Below, piece after piece: positions 19,095-28,459 of a DNA stretch of 64,000 bases. Each line of letters starts with the position of its first letter. The stretch's first letter is position 1. The notes below the pieces were generated by a model. It ran no database searches. It worked only from the letters and a program-made list of their open reading frames with translations, and was not told the DNA's origin. This DNA comes from Acidimicrobiales bacterium (GTDB lineage: Bacteria; Actinomycetota; Acidimicrobiia; Acidimicrobiales; JACDCH01): NCBI GenBank assembly GCA_051000215.1, contig JBPCON010000051.1, positions 9,097 through 73,096 on the forward strand, given 5' to 3'. The position numbers and the translations under genes were made by a program.

Positions 19095-20159
19095 CTAACC
19101 GGTTCGGGCTCGGCCTCCCGAGTTGGCGTACCGCTCGTGGACCTGCTCGCAGAAAAGAGCAGCACGGTCCGCGAGTTCAACGCTGCGGATGTCGAGCAGG
19201 TTCTCCGCGTTCATCTCGCCTGAGTGCGAGCAGTTGTAGGAACCGGTGAGCACGCGGTCGTCACAGACCACGATCTTGGCGTGCATGTAGTCGTGCACGG
19301 CTCCTGGGGCGTACGGCGTCGACGGTTTGGCGGCCAATTTCCCACTGGCGGCGATCTTCTCGTAGAGCGGTGCCTTCCATGCTGCGCGGCCATCGGCGCG
19401 CCACTGGTGCAGCACCTGGGTCATCTGCGGTCCGTCGACCGTCAACAACAGGTTGCAACTGGCGTCGTCGACGAGCTCTGCGAGCGTGCCGAGGATGGGC
19501 GTCGAGGTGAGAACAGGTGAGCAGATGCGAACTCGGTTGCGGGCCTGACCGATGCGGGTGGCGATCAGCTGGCTCATCTTGCGGCCGCGACCAGGTGAGA
19601 ACATCGCAGTGACGGTGGTGCCATCAGGGAGGGTGGCTGCCTGATCGTCGAAGGTGCCCGTGTTCTCGACGTGACGGCGTTGCCACAGCTGTTCGAAGTC
19701 CTGGGTGTACGCCGCAGCGAGGTCGCCCGATGACACGACCACGATGACGTTCTCCATCTTCGTCCACGCGTCGCCCGTCCAATTCGTCGAACCCGTCCAG
19801 ACGGTGTCACCGTCACGGATCGCGTACTTGTGATGCATGAGATCGGGAATTCCTGCGATGGCCTCGGAAGGCACAGCCCGAGCGAGGCGTTGGAGCATCG
19901 ACGGCCCCTCGGGGGGCGGTGGGACCGGGATCGAACGGCGGTGCACGTCGTTGTACACGGCTCGCACGCTCACGCCTCGCGCCTCTGCATCGTCGAGGGC
20001 TCTGATGAGGCGATCGCCGAAGTCGTCCTCGAAGTGCGCGTCGTAGATCGCGATGTCGAGGCTGACCTTTGCGCTCGCGAGGAACGCCAATAGCCGCGCC
20101 GCGGTATCGCTCGCGGGTTGGCCGCCGTCGGTAAGGAAGTACATGTCCATCGCTGCCAC
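19095..20159 (-). CDS. phospholipase D-like protein with two HKD motifs (no signal peptide)
   Basis: Two HxK(x)4D(x)6GS/T xN motifs: HHKYAIRDGDTVWTGSTNWT and HAKIVVCDDRVLTGSYNCS. The GTG start is preceded by GGAGGA with 5-nt spacing. Confidence 0.85.
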   Translation of the reverse strand: MAAMDMYFLTDGGQPASDTAARLLAFLASAKVSLDIAIYDAHFEDDFGDRLIRALDDAEARGVSVRAVYNDVHRRSIPVPPPPEGPSMLQRLARAVPSEAIAGIPDLMHHKYAIRDGDTVWTGSTNWTGDAWTKMENVIVVVSSGDLAAAYTQDFEQLWQRRHVENTGTFDDQAATLPDGTTVTAMFSPGRGRKMSQLIATRIGQARNRVRICSPVLTSTPILGTLAELVDDASCNLLLTVDGPQMTQVLHQWRADGRAAWKAPLYEKIAASGKLAAKPSTPYAPGAVHDYMHAKIVVCDDRVLTGSYNCSHSGEMNAENLLDIRSVELADRAALFCEQVHERYANSGGRARTG

Positions 20160-20183
20160 TGTCGTCCTCCAATGCTCGGTTGC

Positions 20184-20546
20184 CTACAGCGGATCCGAGC
20201 GCCACTCGACGCGGGGGACGTCGCTCCACAGACGCTCGAGCTCGTAGTACTCACGCGTCTCCTGCAGGAAGACGTGCACCACGAAGTCGCCGTAGTCGAG
20301 GAGGACCCACGTGCGCTCATCTTGGCCCTCGGTGCGCAGGGGTTTGGGGCCGCCCCCCTCAACGATGCGTTCCTGGATCCACTCGGCGATCGTGCGCACC
20401 TGACGTGTGTTCGTGGCGCTGGTGATGACGAAGTAGCCCGTGATCGCCAGCACGTCGCCGACGTCGAGCGCGATCGTGTCGAGCCCTTGCTTCTCGTCGG
20501 CTGCTCGCGCTGCGACGACGGGCCAGCGGTCGTCGCGGTCAACCAA
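20184..20546 (-). CDS. rsfS: ribosome silencing factor RsfS (iojap-like)
   Basis: LDVGDVLAITGYFVITSATNTRQVRTIAEWI...WVLLDYGDFVVHVFLQETREYYELERLW is the RsfS signature, and the gene sits downstream of nadD. Confidence 0.9.
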   Translation of the reverse strand: MVDRDDRWPVVAARAADEKQGLDTIALDVGDVLAITGYFVITSATNTRQVRTIAEWIQERIVEGGGPKPLRTEGQDERTWVLLDYGDFVVHVFLQETREYYELERLWSDVPRVEWRSDPL

Positions 20547-20581
20547 GAAGCGCTCGGGATTCGTCGGCGGGCGTGAGCAGG

Positions 20582-21163
20582 TCAGTCAACATAGAGGCGG
20601 CGGTCGTCGATGCACGAGATGACCGCCGGTGTGAGGAGGTAGTCGAGCGGGCGTCCATCTGCCACCCTCGCTCGCAGGTCGGTGCTCGACACCTCGAGCC
20701 TCGGCGTTTCGACCCGAAGCCATCGCCACCCCCTCGCCGGCGCGCCGTGCTCCGCCCCGGGGCGCGTGACGACCACCACCGTCGCCAGGTCGCGGACCTC
20801 CTCGACGCGCTCCCAAGTGAGCAGGCCGGCAGCGGCGTCGCTCCCCAGAACGAGGTACAACGCAGCCTCGGGCTCGATGACCTGCAGGGCCGCGAGCGTT
20901 TCGGCGGTGTACGACGTCCCGCCTCGCTCGATCTCGATCCGCGAAGCCTCGATGCCCTCGACATCAGCAACCGCGGCAGCGACCATCGCCATTCGGTCCT
21001 CCGCTGGCGAAAGCTCCCTCGTCCCCGTCTTCTGCCAGGGATCGTTCGCGACAACGAGGAGCAGCCGATCGAGCGCGAGCGCATGGCGGACGTTGACCGC
21101 CGTGACGAGGTGCCCGACGTGGGGCGGGTCGAACGTGCCGCCGAAGACGCCGATGCGCCTCAT
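20582..21163 (-). CDS. nadD: nicotinate-nucleotide adenylyltransferase
   Basis: MRRIGVFGGTFDPPHVGHL (the (H/T)xGH nucleotidyltransferase motif) plus a C-terminal SSTDLR motif. Confidence 0.92.
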   Translation of the reverse strand: MRRIGVFGGTFDPPHVGHLVTAVNVRHALALDRLLLVVANDPWQKTGTRELSPAEDRMAMVAAAVADVEGIEASRIEIERGGTSYTAETLAALQVIEPEAALYLVLGSDAAAGLLTWERVEEVRDLATVVVVTRPGAEHGAPARGWRWLRVETPRLEVSSTDLRARVADGRPLDYLLTPAVISCIDDRRLYVD

Positions 21164-21328
21164 GGTCCGGTGACCGAAGTCACAGGACCGTGGGGAAGGT
21201 TCGACGCCAACGGCACGCTGGGGAGTTTGTCAGGCCCAGGCCGGGAAATTGACTTTCGGAACCGCTCAGTATCGAGTTAGGTGGCTTAGGGAATGACATC
21301 CACGTAATCCGCGTCGAGGGCGAGTGCC

Positions 21329-22174
21329 ATGAGTGACTCTGTCGGTCTCTATCTGAACTCCATCGGTCTCGTGCCGTTGCTGACCGCCATGGAGGAGCGC
21401 GAGCTCTCCCAGGTGATCGAGCGCGGTGTCGAGGCCCGCAAGCGCCTTGCCGCCGGCGGATCGGGCCACGACCTCGAGAAGCGTGAGCTCGAGAAGGCAG
21501 CCCGCGACGCTGCAGCCGCGAAGGACCGCTTCATCCGAGCCAACCTTCGCCTCGTCGTCAGCATCGCCCGCCGCTACCCCCTGCCCCAAGGCATGGAGCT
21601 GCTCGACCTCATCCAGGAGGGCAACCTCGGACTCGAGCACGCCGTCGACAAGTTCGACTGGCGCAAGGGCTTCAAGTTCTCCACCTATGCCACCTTCTGG
21701 ATCCGCCAGGCCATCGGCCGCGCGCTCGATCAGAAGGCGAGCCTCGTGCGCCTCCCAGGTGACCGCTCTGCCAGCCTCCGTGCTGCGCTGCGCGCCGTGT
21801 CAGGCGACACGAACGAGCTCGACGACGAGCACGCCGCGCTGCATCGCCTCACCACGCCGACGTCGCTGGATCGTCCGGTCGGTGATGACGATGGCTCCGA
21901 GCTCGTCGACCTCATCGCCGACAACAAGGCCGGTCCAGAGGAGATCGTCGTCGACCGCGAGCAGGATGCGCTGATCACCAACCTGCTCGACGTGCTCGAT
22001 GAGCGAGCTCGGTGGGCGGTCGAGCAGCGCTTCGGGCTCGGAGACGGACGCAAGAAGAGCTACCGCGAGGTCGGCGAGGGGCTCGGCGTCACGGCCGAGG
22101 CTGCCCGTCGCCTCGTCAAGCGAGCGGTCGTTGCCGTGCGCGAAGAGGCTGCGTCGCGGGTGCACGCCGCATAA
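21329..22174 (+). CDS. RNA polymerase sigma-70 family factor (group 2/3-like, no region 1.1)
   Basis: Region 2 (RANLRLVVSIARRY, LIQEGNLGLEHAVDKFDWRKGFKFSTYATFWIRQAI) and the region 4 HTH (SYREVGEGLGVTAEAARRLVKRAV). Confidence 0.9.
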   Translation: MSDSVGLYLNSIGLVPLLTAMEERELSQVIERGVEARKRLAAGGSGHDLEKRELEKAARDAAAAKDRFIRANLRLVVSIARRYPLPQGMELLDLIQEGNLGLEHAVDKFDWRKGFKFSTYATFWIRQAIGRALDQKASLVRLPGDRSASLRAALRAVSGDTNELDDEHAALHRLTTPTSLDRPVGDDDGSELVDLIADNKAGPEEIVVDREQDALITNLLDVLDERARWAVEQRFGLGDGRKKSYREVGEGLGVTAEAARRLVKRAVVAVREEAASRVHAA

Positions 22175-22239
22175 GGATGCCGAGCAGGGGCCGCGAGGGA
22201 GACTTTGCGCCTTCAGCATCCAGCGGCCAGGCTTTTCCC

Positions 22240-23583
22240 GTGAGCGCGCCCTGGTCTCCTGTCTCGTGGCGCGAGAAGACCGCGGCGCAGCAGCCCGACT
22301 GGCCCGACGACGCCGCACTCGAGCGAGCCTTGAAGCAGCTGGCGAGCATGCCGCCGCTCGTCTTCGCCGGTGAGGCCCGCAACCTCGTCGACGAGCTCGC
22401 GCGAGTTGCTGCCGGCGAGGCGTTCCTGCTGCAAGCCGGTGACTGCGCCGAGAGCTTCAACTCGTTCTCGGCCGATGCCATCCGCGACAAGCTCAAGGTC
22501 GTCCTGCAGATGGCGGTCGTGTTGACGTACTCGTCCGGGGTGCCAGCGCTGAAGGTCGGTCGCATCGCCGGGCAATTCGCGAAGCCTCGGACCTCGCCGA
22601 CCGAGACGGTCGACGGCATCGAGCTTCCGGCCTTCCGCGGCCACTTGGTCAACGACATCGCCTTCACTCAAGCCGCCCGCACCCCCGATCCCGACCGGCT
22701 CGTGACGGCCTATCACCAGGCGTCATCGACGCTGAACCTGCTCAGGGCGTTCACCAAAGGGGGCTTCGCCGACCTTTCGCGGGTGCACCAGTGGAACCAG
22801 GACTTCGTCGCGGCAAGCCGCGAAGGCCAGCGCTACGACAACTTGGCCGGCGAGATCGACCGAGCCCTTCGCTTCATGGCGGCCTGCGGGTTCGAGACCG
22901 AGGCTGAGCCCAAGCTCCACGAGGTCGACTTCTACACGAGCCACGAGGCACTCATCCTCGGCTACGAGGAGGCCCTCACGCGTCAGGACTCGCTCACCGG
23001 CGGGTGGTACGACTGCTCGGCCCACATGCTCTGGATCGGTGAGCGCACGCGCCAGCTCGACGGCGCGCACGTCGAGTTCCTTCGTGGCGTCGGCAACCCC
23101 ATCGGCGTCAAACTCGGACCGACGGTCACCGAGGCCGAGGTCGTTGCCCTCTGTGACGCGCTCAACCCCGACGGCATCCCTGGCCGCCTGACCCTTGTTG
23201 TGCGGATGGGCGCGGGCAACGTCAGGGGCGCCCTCCCGCCCATCCTGCGGGCCGTGAGCAGCACAGGCCATCCGGTGGTCTGGGCGTGCGACCCGATGCA
23301 CGGCAACACCTTTGCCAGCGAGACAGGGCGCAAGACGCGTCATCTCGAGGACATCATCGAGGAGATCGCGGGCTTCTTCGCCGCGCACCGCGAGGTTGGC
23401 ACGTGGCCGGGCGGCGTGCACATCGAGCTCACCGGCGACGACGTGACCGAGTGCCTCGGCGGCTCGGAGCAGCTCGGCCACGCGGACCTCGACGACCGCT
23501 ACGAGACCATGTGCGATCCCCGGCTCAACGCCCGCCAGTCCCTCGACCTCGCGTTTCGCGTGGCCGAGCTGCTCCGGCGGTAG
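22240..23583 (+). CDS. aroG: class II 3-deoxy-7-phosphoheptulonate (DAHP) synthase
   Basis: AAQQPDWPD...PPLVFAGEARNL...GEAFLLQAGDCAESF and the rest match plant/actinobacterial class II DAHPS. Start is uncertain: GTG at 22240 is preferred and ATG at 22177 is possible. The track start at 22012 overlaps the sigma gene. Confidence 0.88.
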   Translation: MSAPWSPVSWREKTAAQQPDWPDDAALERALKQLASMPPLVFAGEARNLVDELARVAAGEAFLLQAGDCAESFNSFSADAIRDKLKVVLQMAVVLTYSSGVPALKVGRIAGQFAKPRTSPTETVDGIELPAFRGHLVNDIAFTQAARTPDPDRLVTAYHQASSTLNLLRAFTKGGFADLSRVHQWNQDFVAASREGQRYDNLAGEIDRALRFMAACGFETEAEPKLHEVDFYTSHEALILGYEEALTRQDSLTGGWYDCSAHMLWIGERTRQLDGAHVEFLRGVGNPIGVKLGPTVTEAEVVALCDALNPDGIPGRLTLVVRMGAGNVRGALPPILRAVSSTGHPVVWACDPMHGNTFASETGRKTRHLEDIIEEIAGFFAAHREVGTWPGGVHIELTGDDVTECLGGSEQLGHADLDDRYETMCDPRLNARQSLDLAFRVAELLRR

Positions 23584-23658
23584 CCGGAGCAGCGAGCTGG
23601 GCGAGGCCGCAATCGGCCGAAGCCGCCAAGGAACATGGCCGAGCTGCTCCGGCGTTAG
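23561..23658 (+). repeat. 23-nt direct repeat (22/23 identical): aroG 3' end duplicated in the intergenic region
   Basis: tggccgagctgctccggcgGtag at 23561-23583 and tggccgagctgctccggcgTtag at 23636-23658. The second copy forms a mini-ORF, ATG GCC GAG CTG CTC CGG CGT TAG. Confidence 0.8.
23568..23593 (+). terminator. 10-bp perfect GC-rich hairpin straddling the aroG stop codon (possible intrinsic terminator or attenuator element, no U-tract)
   Basis: gctgctccgg (23568-23577) pairs perfectly with ccggagcagc (23584-23593), leaving a 6-nt loop cggtag that contains the stop codon. Confidence 0.3.
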
Positions 23659-23749
23659 CGCCGTGGGAATGTTGAGGATGTGAGTCGGGTTTGGCAGACT
23701 GGATTCCTGACCTTCACGGTCGCATTTCCCACCAGAGGGCTCGCAAAAA

Positions 23750-25519
23750 ATGCTCCACACCGAGATCGATCCCGCACAGCTCGCCGACATCGCGAAGTTC
23801 GAGGATCAACTCGCGCGCAACGTCTCGGGTGAGCTCGACGACGATGTCTTTCGCGTCTTCCGTCTGAACAACGGGATCTACGGCCAGCGTCAGGGCGGGC
23901 ACAACCAGATGGTGCGGGTGAAGGTCCCCTACGGTCGCGTCGAACCCGAACAGCTCGACCTCCTCGGCCGCATCGCCGATGTCTACTCGCGGGGTTGGGG
24001 GCACATCACCACCCGCCAGAACATCCAATTCCACTTCGTGCAGCTCGAGCAGGTGCCTGCTGTCCTGCGCGAGCTCGCCAGCGTGGGTCTGACGACGCGC
24101 GAAGCGTGCGGCGACACCGTGCGCAACGTGCAGGGCTGCCACCTCGCGGGCGCGTGCCCGCTCGAGCACCTCGACATCACACCGTGGGCCGAGGCCACCT
24201 TCCAACACTTCCTGCGCCACCCGCTCGCGCAGCGCCTGCCCCGCAAGTTCAAGTTCAACTTCTCTGGCTGCGAGACCGACTGCGGCCAAGCGATGTTCAA
24301 CGACGTCGGCGTCATCGCGACGACCCGCAGCAACGACGATGGCACTACCGAGGCCGGCTTCCGGGTCTTCGTGGCCGGCGGCCTCGGGGCGAACCCCCAC
24401 CCTGCGTTGGCGCTCGAGGAGTTCACGGCGCGGGAAGACCTCATGGCCACCCTCGAGGCTGTCCTGCGTGTGTTCTCGAACCACGGCAACCGAGACAACA
24501 AGCTGCGAGCGCGGCTGAAGTGGCTCGTCGACACCATGGGGTGGGAGGAGCTTCAAGCTCGCATTCTCAAGGAGCGCCGCTTCCTCCTCGCCTCGTCGAG
24601 CTGGCCCGGTGGCCTGCCCGAGGCAGTGCGCAAGGCCGGCGACGAGCCTGCGGGCCGCCACGCCACGATCTCGCCGTCGGCGATCGGCCAAGGCGTCGCC
24701 GTGTCGATCCGAGGGACCACGGCGTACGACCGTTGGGAGTCGGTCAACGTCGTACGGGGCAACGCGAACGGCACCGTGTCTGCATACGCGTACGCACGCC
24801 TCGGTGACATCACATCCGACCAGTTCCGCGCGCTCGCATCCATCCAGCGCGAGCTGAGCCTCGACGTGGTCGTGACCAACCGGCAGAACTTCGTGTTCCG
24901 CGGGCTGAGCGAGGAGCAGCTCCCGAAGCTCTTCGACCGTTTGTCGAGCATCGCGATGGCCGAGCCCGGTGCCGAGCTCGCGCGCGACGTCGTCGCATGC
25001 CCGGGGGCGGACACGTGCAACCTCGCCGTCACCCAGAGCCGAGGCCTGGCCGACGCGATCGGCGCGGCGCTCGAAGCCGAGGGCTTGGCCGATGTCGGGG
25101 GCCTCCGCACCAACATCTCCGGGTGCACGAACTCCTGCGGGCAACACCACATCTCCGACATCGGGTTCTTCGGCGCCGAGCGTCGCGCGCACGGGCAACC
25201 CGCGCCCGGTTACCAGATGCTGCTCGGCGGCTACGTCGGGCAGGAGATGGTGCATTTCGGGGAGAAGGCACTGCGCCTACCCGCCAAGAACGCGCCGAAG
25301 GCCGCCGTGCACGTGGTGCGCCGTTTCAACGACGAGCGCGATGCCGGTGAGGCGTTCCGTTCGTGGCTTGATCGGGTCGGGGGCGCCAAGGCCGTCGCGG
25401 AGGATCTCAAGGAGCTCGACGCGTTCCCGTTGCCCGAGGAAGCCCCGGAGTTCTACGTCGACTACGACGAGACCGGGCCTTACGTCGCAGAGACCGGCGA
25501 GTCGGAGTGCGCGACCTGA
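23750..25519 (+). CDS. sirA: ferredoxin-dependent sulfite reductase (nitrite/sulfite reductase family, siroheme/4Fe-4S)
   Basis: NGIYGQRQ...MVRVKVPYGRV...ITTRQNIQFHFV repeats of the NIR_SIR fold and the C-terminal cluster cysteines (CPGADTCNLA...CTNSCGQHH). It is followed immediately by cysH. Confidence 0.9.
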   Translation: MLHTEIDPAQLADIAKFEDQLARNVSGELDDDVFRVFRLNNGIYGQRQGGHNQMVRVKVPYGRVEPEQLDLLGRIADVYSRGWGHITTRQNIQFHFVQLEQVPAVLRELASVGLTTREACGDTVRNVQGCHLAGACPLEHLDITPWAEATFQHFLRHPLAQRLPRKFKFNFSGCETDCGQAMFNDVGVIATTRSNDDGTTEAGFRVFVAGGLGANPHPALALEEFTAREDLMATLEAVLRVFSNHGNRDNKLRARLKWLVDTMGWEELQARILKERRFLLASSSWPGGLPEAVRKAGDEPAGRHATISPSAIGQGVAVSIRGTTAYDRWESVNVVRGNANGTVSAYAYARLGDITSDQFRALASIQRELSLDVVVTNRQNFVFRGLSEEQLPKLFDRLSSIAMAEPGAELARDVVACPGADTCNLAVTQSRGLADAIGAALEAEGLADVGGLRTNISGCTNSCGQHHISDIGFFGAERRAHGQPAPGYQMLLGGYVGQEMVHFGEKALRLPAKNAPKAAVHVVRRFNDERDAGEAFRSWLDRVGGAKAVAEDLKELDAFPLPEEAPEFYVDYDETGPYVAETGESECAT

Positions 25520-25520
25520 C

Positions 25521-26213
25521 ATGTTGCTCGAGCCCGATCCCGTCGCGTCGCTCCCCGTCTACTCCGATGAGGAGTTGGCCGAGCTGAACCGCGAGTTCGA
25601 GGCGAAGCCCGCGTCCGCCGTCATCAAGTGGGCCGTCGAGAGCTTCGCGCCGCATCTGTGCCTCTCGGCCTCGATGACCGACGCCGTGCTCATCGACCTG
25701 GCGACGAAGGTGTATCCGGCCATCGAGGTCGTGTTCATCGACACCGGGTACCACTTCCCCGAGACCCTCGAGACGGTGGAGCAGGTCAGGCGACGCTACG
25801 GGCTCAACCTTCGGATGATGACCGTGCAGCACCACGACGAAGAGCTCTGGAAGATCGATCCCGAGAACTGCTGCTCGGCTGTCAAGGTCGGCCAGCTCGA
25901 CCGAGCGTTGCTCGGCAAGGCTGCCTGGATGAGCGGGCTACGCCGCTCCGAGGCAGCGAGCCGCGGCCAAGCGCCGATCGTCGTGCGCGACCTGCGGGGT
26001 CTCGTCAAGCTCAACCCGATCGCGACGTGGAGCGACAGCGATGTCGCCGGCTACATCGCCGATCACGATGTTCCCGTCAACCCGCTCGTGCTGCAGGGGT
26101 ACCCCTCGATCGGCTGCATGCCGTGCACCGAGAAGCCGAGCGACCCGGGCGATCCCCGCTCAGGCCGTTGGCAAGGCCGCGACAAGACGGAGTGCGGCAT
26201 CCACGCAGAGTGA
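25521..26213 (+). CDS. cysH: adenylyl-sulfate (APS)/PAPS reductase, thioredoxin-dependent, Fe-S type
   Basis: PAPS_reduct fold (VVFIDTGYHFPETL), a CC pair (ENCCSAVKV) plus SIGCMPCT typical of 4Fe-4S APS reductases, and the C-terminal KTECGIH. ATG at 25521, 1 nt after the sir stop. Confidence 0.9.
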   Translation: MLLEPDPVASLPVYSDEELAELNREFEAKPASAVIKWAVESFAPHLCLSASMTDAVLIDLATKVYPAIEVVFIDTGYHFPETLETVEQVRRRYGLNLRMMTVQHHDEELWKIDPENCCSAVKVGQLDRALLGKAAWMSGLRRSEAASRGQAPIVVRDLRGLVKLNPIATWSDSDVAGYIADHDVPVNPLVLQGYPSIGCMPCTEKPSDPGDPRSGRWQGRDKTECGIHAE

Positions 26214-26269
26214 GCTCTCGGGGCGCCTCCACAGCGCTGCGGTTGACGAGCTGAAACCGGTCGGTCAGT

Positions 26270-27166
26270 GTGACGGTCGTGAGCGAAACGGCCGTCGCTG
26301 ATCCGACCCTTCTGACTACGCGGGTGCTCGTGCTGGGCATGGCGCACCACGACGGGACGATCTTGGCGAGCGAGGTTGTGCCGGTCGCTGAGGCGTGCGG
26401 TCAGAGCCCCGAGCAGGTGCGCTCGTGCTTGCGCCGGCTCGTGCACGAAGGCCTCTTCATGCGCCGCGGCGAGGGTCGCGACGCCGGCTTCCTCGCGACC
26501 GAGGCTGGCCTCAAGACGCTCGGTACGACGCTCGAGCGCACACGACTCGCGTACGCGCAGGATCACGCCGGGCGGGGGTGGGACCGCCGTTGGCGCCTCG
26601 TCGCCTTCGCGATCCCCGAGTCGCGGCGCCAAGCCCGCGACGCGCTGCGCCAACGGCTGGTCACCCTTGGCGGCGCTGCGATCGCCAACGGGCTCTACCT
26701 GTCACCGCATCGTTGGGGCAACGACGTCGCAGGCGAGGCCGAACGCCTCGGGGTCACCGCTCACGTCACGCAGGCCTCGAGTGACGATCTCGAAGTGGCC
26801 GGCGTGAAAGACCCGCGTGACATCGCCTCGGCGCTCTGGCCTGTCGAGGACATCGCGGCGCGCTACAGCTCCTTCGTCGCTCGCTATGGCGGTGTGCCCG
26901 ACGCGCTGGAGGGGATGCGCAAGCGCCACGAGCGCCTGGCCGACGCGGTGTTCCTTCCTGGCGCGCTGTCGGTGACCGTGGAGTTCCAGGCCATCTTCGG
27001 CGACGACCCGCTCCTGCCTCCGGAGCTGCTGCCGCGACCGTGGCCGGGGCGTGCCGCTCGCGAGCTGCTCGTGCGCAGCCGCCGGCTGGCCCTGCATCTG
27101 CGCCAGCAGCACGACCGTCCGGCGCTCTTTCGCTCCTTCGACGATCTCATCGAATCGATCCCGTGA
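26270..27166 (+). CDS. PaaX-family transcriptional regulator-like protein
   Basis: An N-terminal wHTH-like region followed by WDRRWRLVAFAIPESRRQARDALRQRLVTLGGAAIANGLYLSPHRW, which is characteristic of the PaaX middle domain. Confidence 0.75.
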   Translation: MTVVSETAVADPTLLTTRVLVLGMAHHDGTILASEVVPVAEACGQSPEQVRSCLRRLVHEGLFMRRGEGRDAGFLATEAGLKTLGTTLERTRLAYAQDHAGRGWDRRWRLVAFAIPESRRQARDALRQRLVTLGGAAIANGLYLSPHRWGNDVAGEAERLGVTAHVTQASSDDLEVAGVKDPRDIASALWPVEDIAARYSSFVARYGGVPDALEGMRKRHERLADAVFLPGALSVTVEFQAIFGDDPLLPPELLPRPWPGRAARELLVRSRRLALHLRQQHDRPALFRSFDDLIESIP

Positions 27167-27182
27167 CCGGAGGGACCAACGC

Positions 27183-28430
27183 GTGAAGTTCGGCATCTTC
27201 TACGAGCACCAGCTGCCCAAGCCGTGGGAGGAGGGCAGCGAGCACAAGCTCTTCAAGGACGCGCTCGACCAGGTCGAGCTCGCTGACCAGCTGGGCATCG
27301 ACTACGTGTGGGAAGTCGAGCACCACTTCCTCGAGGAGTACTCCCACTCATCGGCGCCGGAGGTGTTCCTTGCCGCGTGCTCGCAGCGCACATCGCGCAT
27401 CCGACTCGGGCACGGCATCGTCGCGCTGCCGCCCGGTTACAACCACCCGGCTCGGGTCGCCGAGCGCATCGCGACGCTCGACCTCGTCAGCGACGGGCGA
27501 GTCGAGCTGGGCACGGGCGAGACGTCGTCGGAGGCTGAGCTCGGCGGCTTCAGCGTCGAGCGCTCCCAGAAGCGAGGGCAGTGGGCCGAAGCCCTCGACG
27601 TCGTCACTCGGCTCATGGTCGAAGCGCCCTTCGCCGGCTACGAGGGCGACTACGTGCAGATGCCGGTGCGCAACCTCGTCCCCAAGCCACTGCAGAAGCC
27701 GCACCCGCCGCTGTGGGTGGCGTGCAGCCGCCGCGAGACCATCCACCTCGCGGCAACGAAGGGGATCGGAGCGCTCTCGTTCAGCTTCATCGAGCCCGCC
27801 GAGGCGAAGGCCTGGGTCGACGACTACTACGAGACCATCGCGTCGTCGGAGTGCGTGCCCGCCGGCTTCGCGGTCAACCCCAACGTGGCCGTCGTCCTGC
27901 CGCTCATGTGCCACGAGGACGAAGCGACTGCGATCGAACGCGGCATCGATGGCAGCCACTTCTTCGGCTACTCGCTCGCGCACTACTACATCTTCGGCGA
28001 TCACCACCCGGCCAAGACCGATATCTGGCAGGAGTTCCTCGAGAAACGATCCGATTGGGGCTTCGACCGCGACGTGGCCTCGCAGGTCGGTCAGCCGCTC
28101 GGCGCACAGCTCTTCCAACGAGGGCTCGGCTCGCTGCGCGGCGCGGTGGGCACGCCAGCGCAGATCCGTGAGCTCATGCTCGGCTACGCAGATGCGGGGA
28201 TCGACCAGGTCATCTTCGTCAGCCAAGCCGGACACAACCGACACGAGCACATCTGCGAGTCGATGGAGCTCTTCGCCCGCGAGGTCATGCCCGAGCTGCA
28301 CGAGGGCGAGGAGGCGAGGGAAAAGGCGAAGCTCGATCGGCTCGGTCCTGCCATCGCGGCAGCCATGGCCCGCAAGGAGCCTGCCCGCGTTGCGCTGCCG
28401 ACGTCGATTCGCGCTGCGATGGCGCCTTGA
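27183..28430 (+). CDS. LLM-class flavin-dependent oxidoreductase (luciferase-like monooxygenase)
   Basis: VKFGIFYEHQLPKPW...LGIDYVWEVEHHFLEEYSHSSAPEVFLAA is a typical LLM N-terminus. GTG at 27183. Confidence 0.85.
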   Translation: MKFGIFYEHQLPKPWEEGSEHKLFKDALDQVELADQLGIDYVWEVEHHFLEEYSHSSAPEVFLAACSQRTSRIRLGHGIVALPPGYNHPARVAERIATLDLVSDGRVELGTGETSSEAELGGFSVERSQKRGQWAEALDVVTRLMVEAPFAGYEGDYVQMPVRNLVPKPLQKPHPPLWVACSRRETIHLAATKGIGALSFSFIEPAEAKAWVDDYYETIASSECVPAGFAVNPNVAVVLPLMCHEDEATAIERGIDGSHFFGYSLAHYYIFGDHHPAKTDIWQEFLEKRSDWGFDRDVASQVGQPLGAQLFQRGLGSLRGAVGTPAQIRELMLGYADAGIDQVIFVSQAGHNRHEHICESMELFAREVMPELHEGEEAREKAKLDRLGPAIAAAMARKEPARVALPTSIRAAMAP

Positions 28431-28459
28431 TCTCGCGCCGGGTGGGCTAAGACAGGCAG

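Noticed and set aside
19049-20183. tRNA-Ala-adjacent genomic island or prophage remnant
   Set aside because: I found no integrase or recombinase, no direct repeat of the tRNA 3' end, and no obvious compositional break. Only the single PLD gene is present. It is kept as a low-interest finding rather than a mobile-element call.
21249-21277. TTGACT (-35-like) hexamer upstream of the sigma-factor gene as a promoter call
   Set aside because: No convincing -10 (TAnnnT) lies at 16-18 nt spacing. The candidates tatcga and tcgagt are poor, so this is not supportable as a feature.
23584-23749. Possible SAM or other sulfur-responsive riboswitch upstream of sir-cysH
   Set aside because: I could not recognise conserved SAM-I or SAM-IV core sequence elements by eye. 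Only the repeat/hairpin arrangement is reported (see findings). A covariance-model scan would be needed to exclude a riboswitch.
23714-25255. 513-aa - strand ORF
   Set aside because: It is antisense to the sulfite reductase gene, has no motifs, and spans the sir promoter region.
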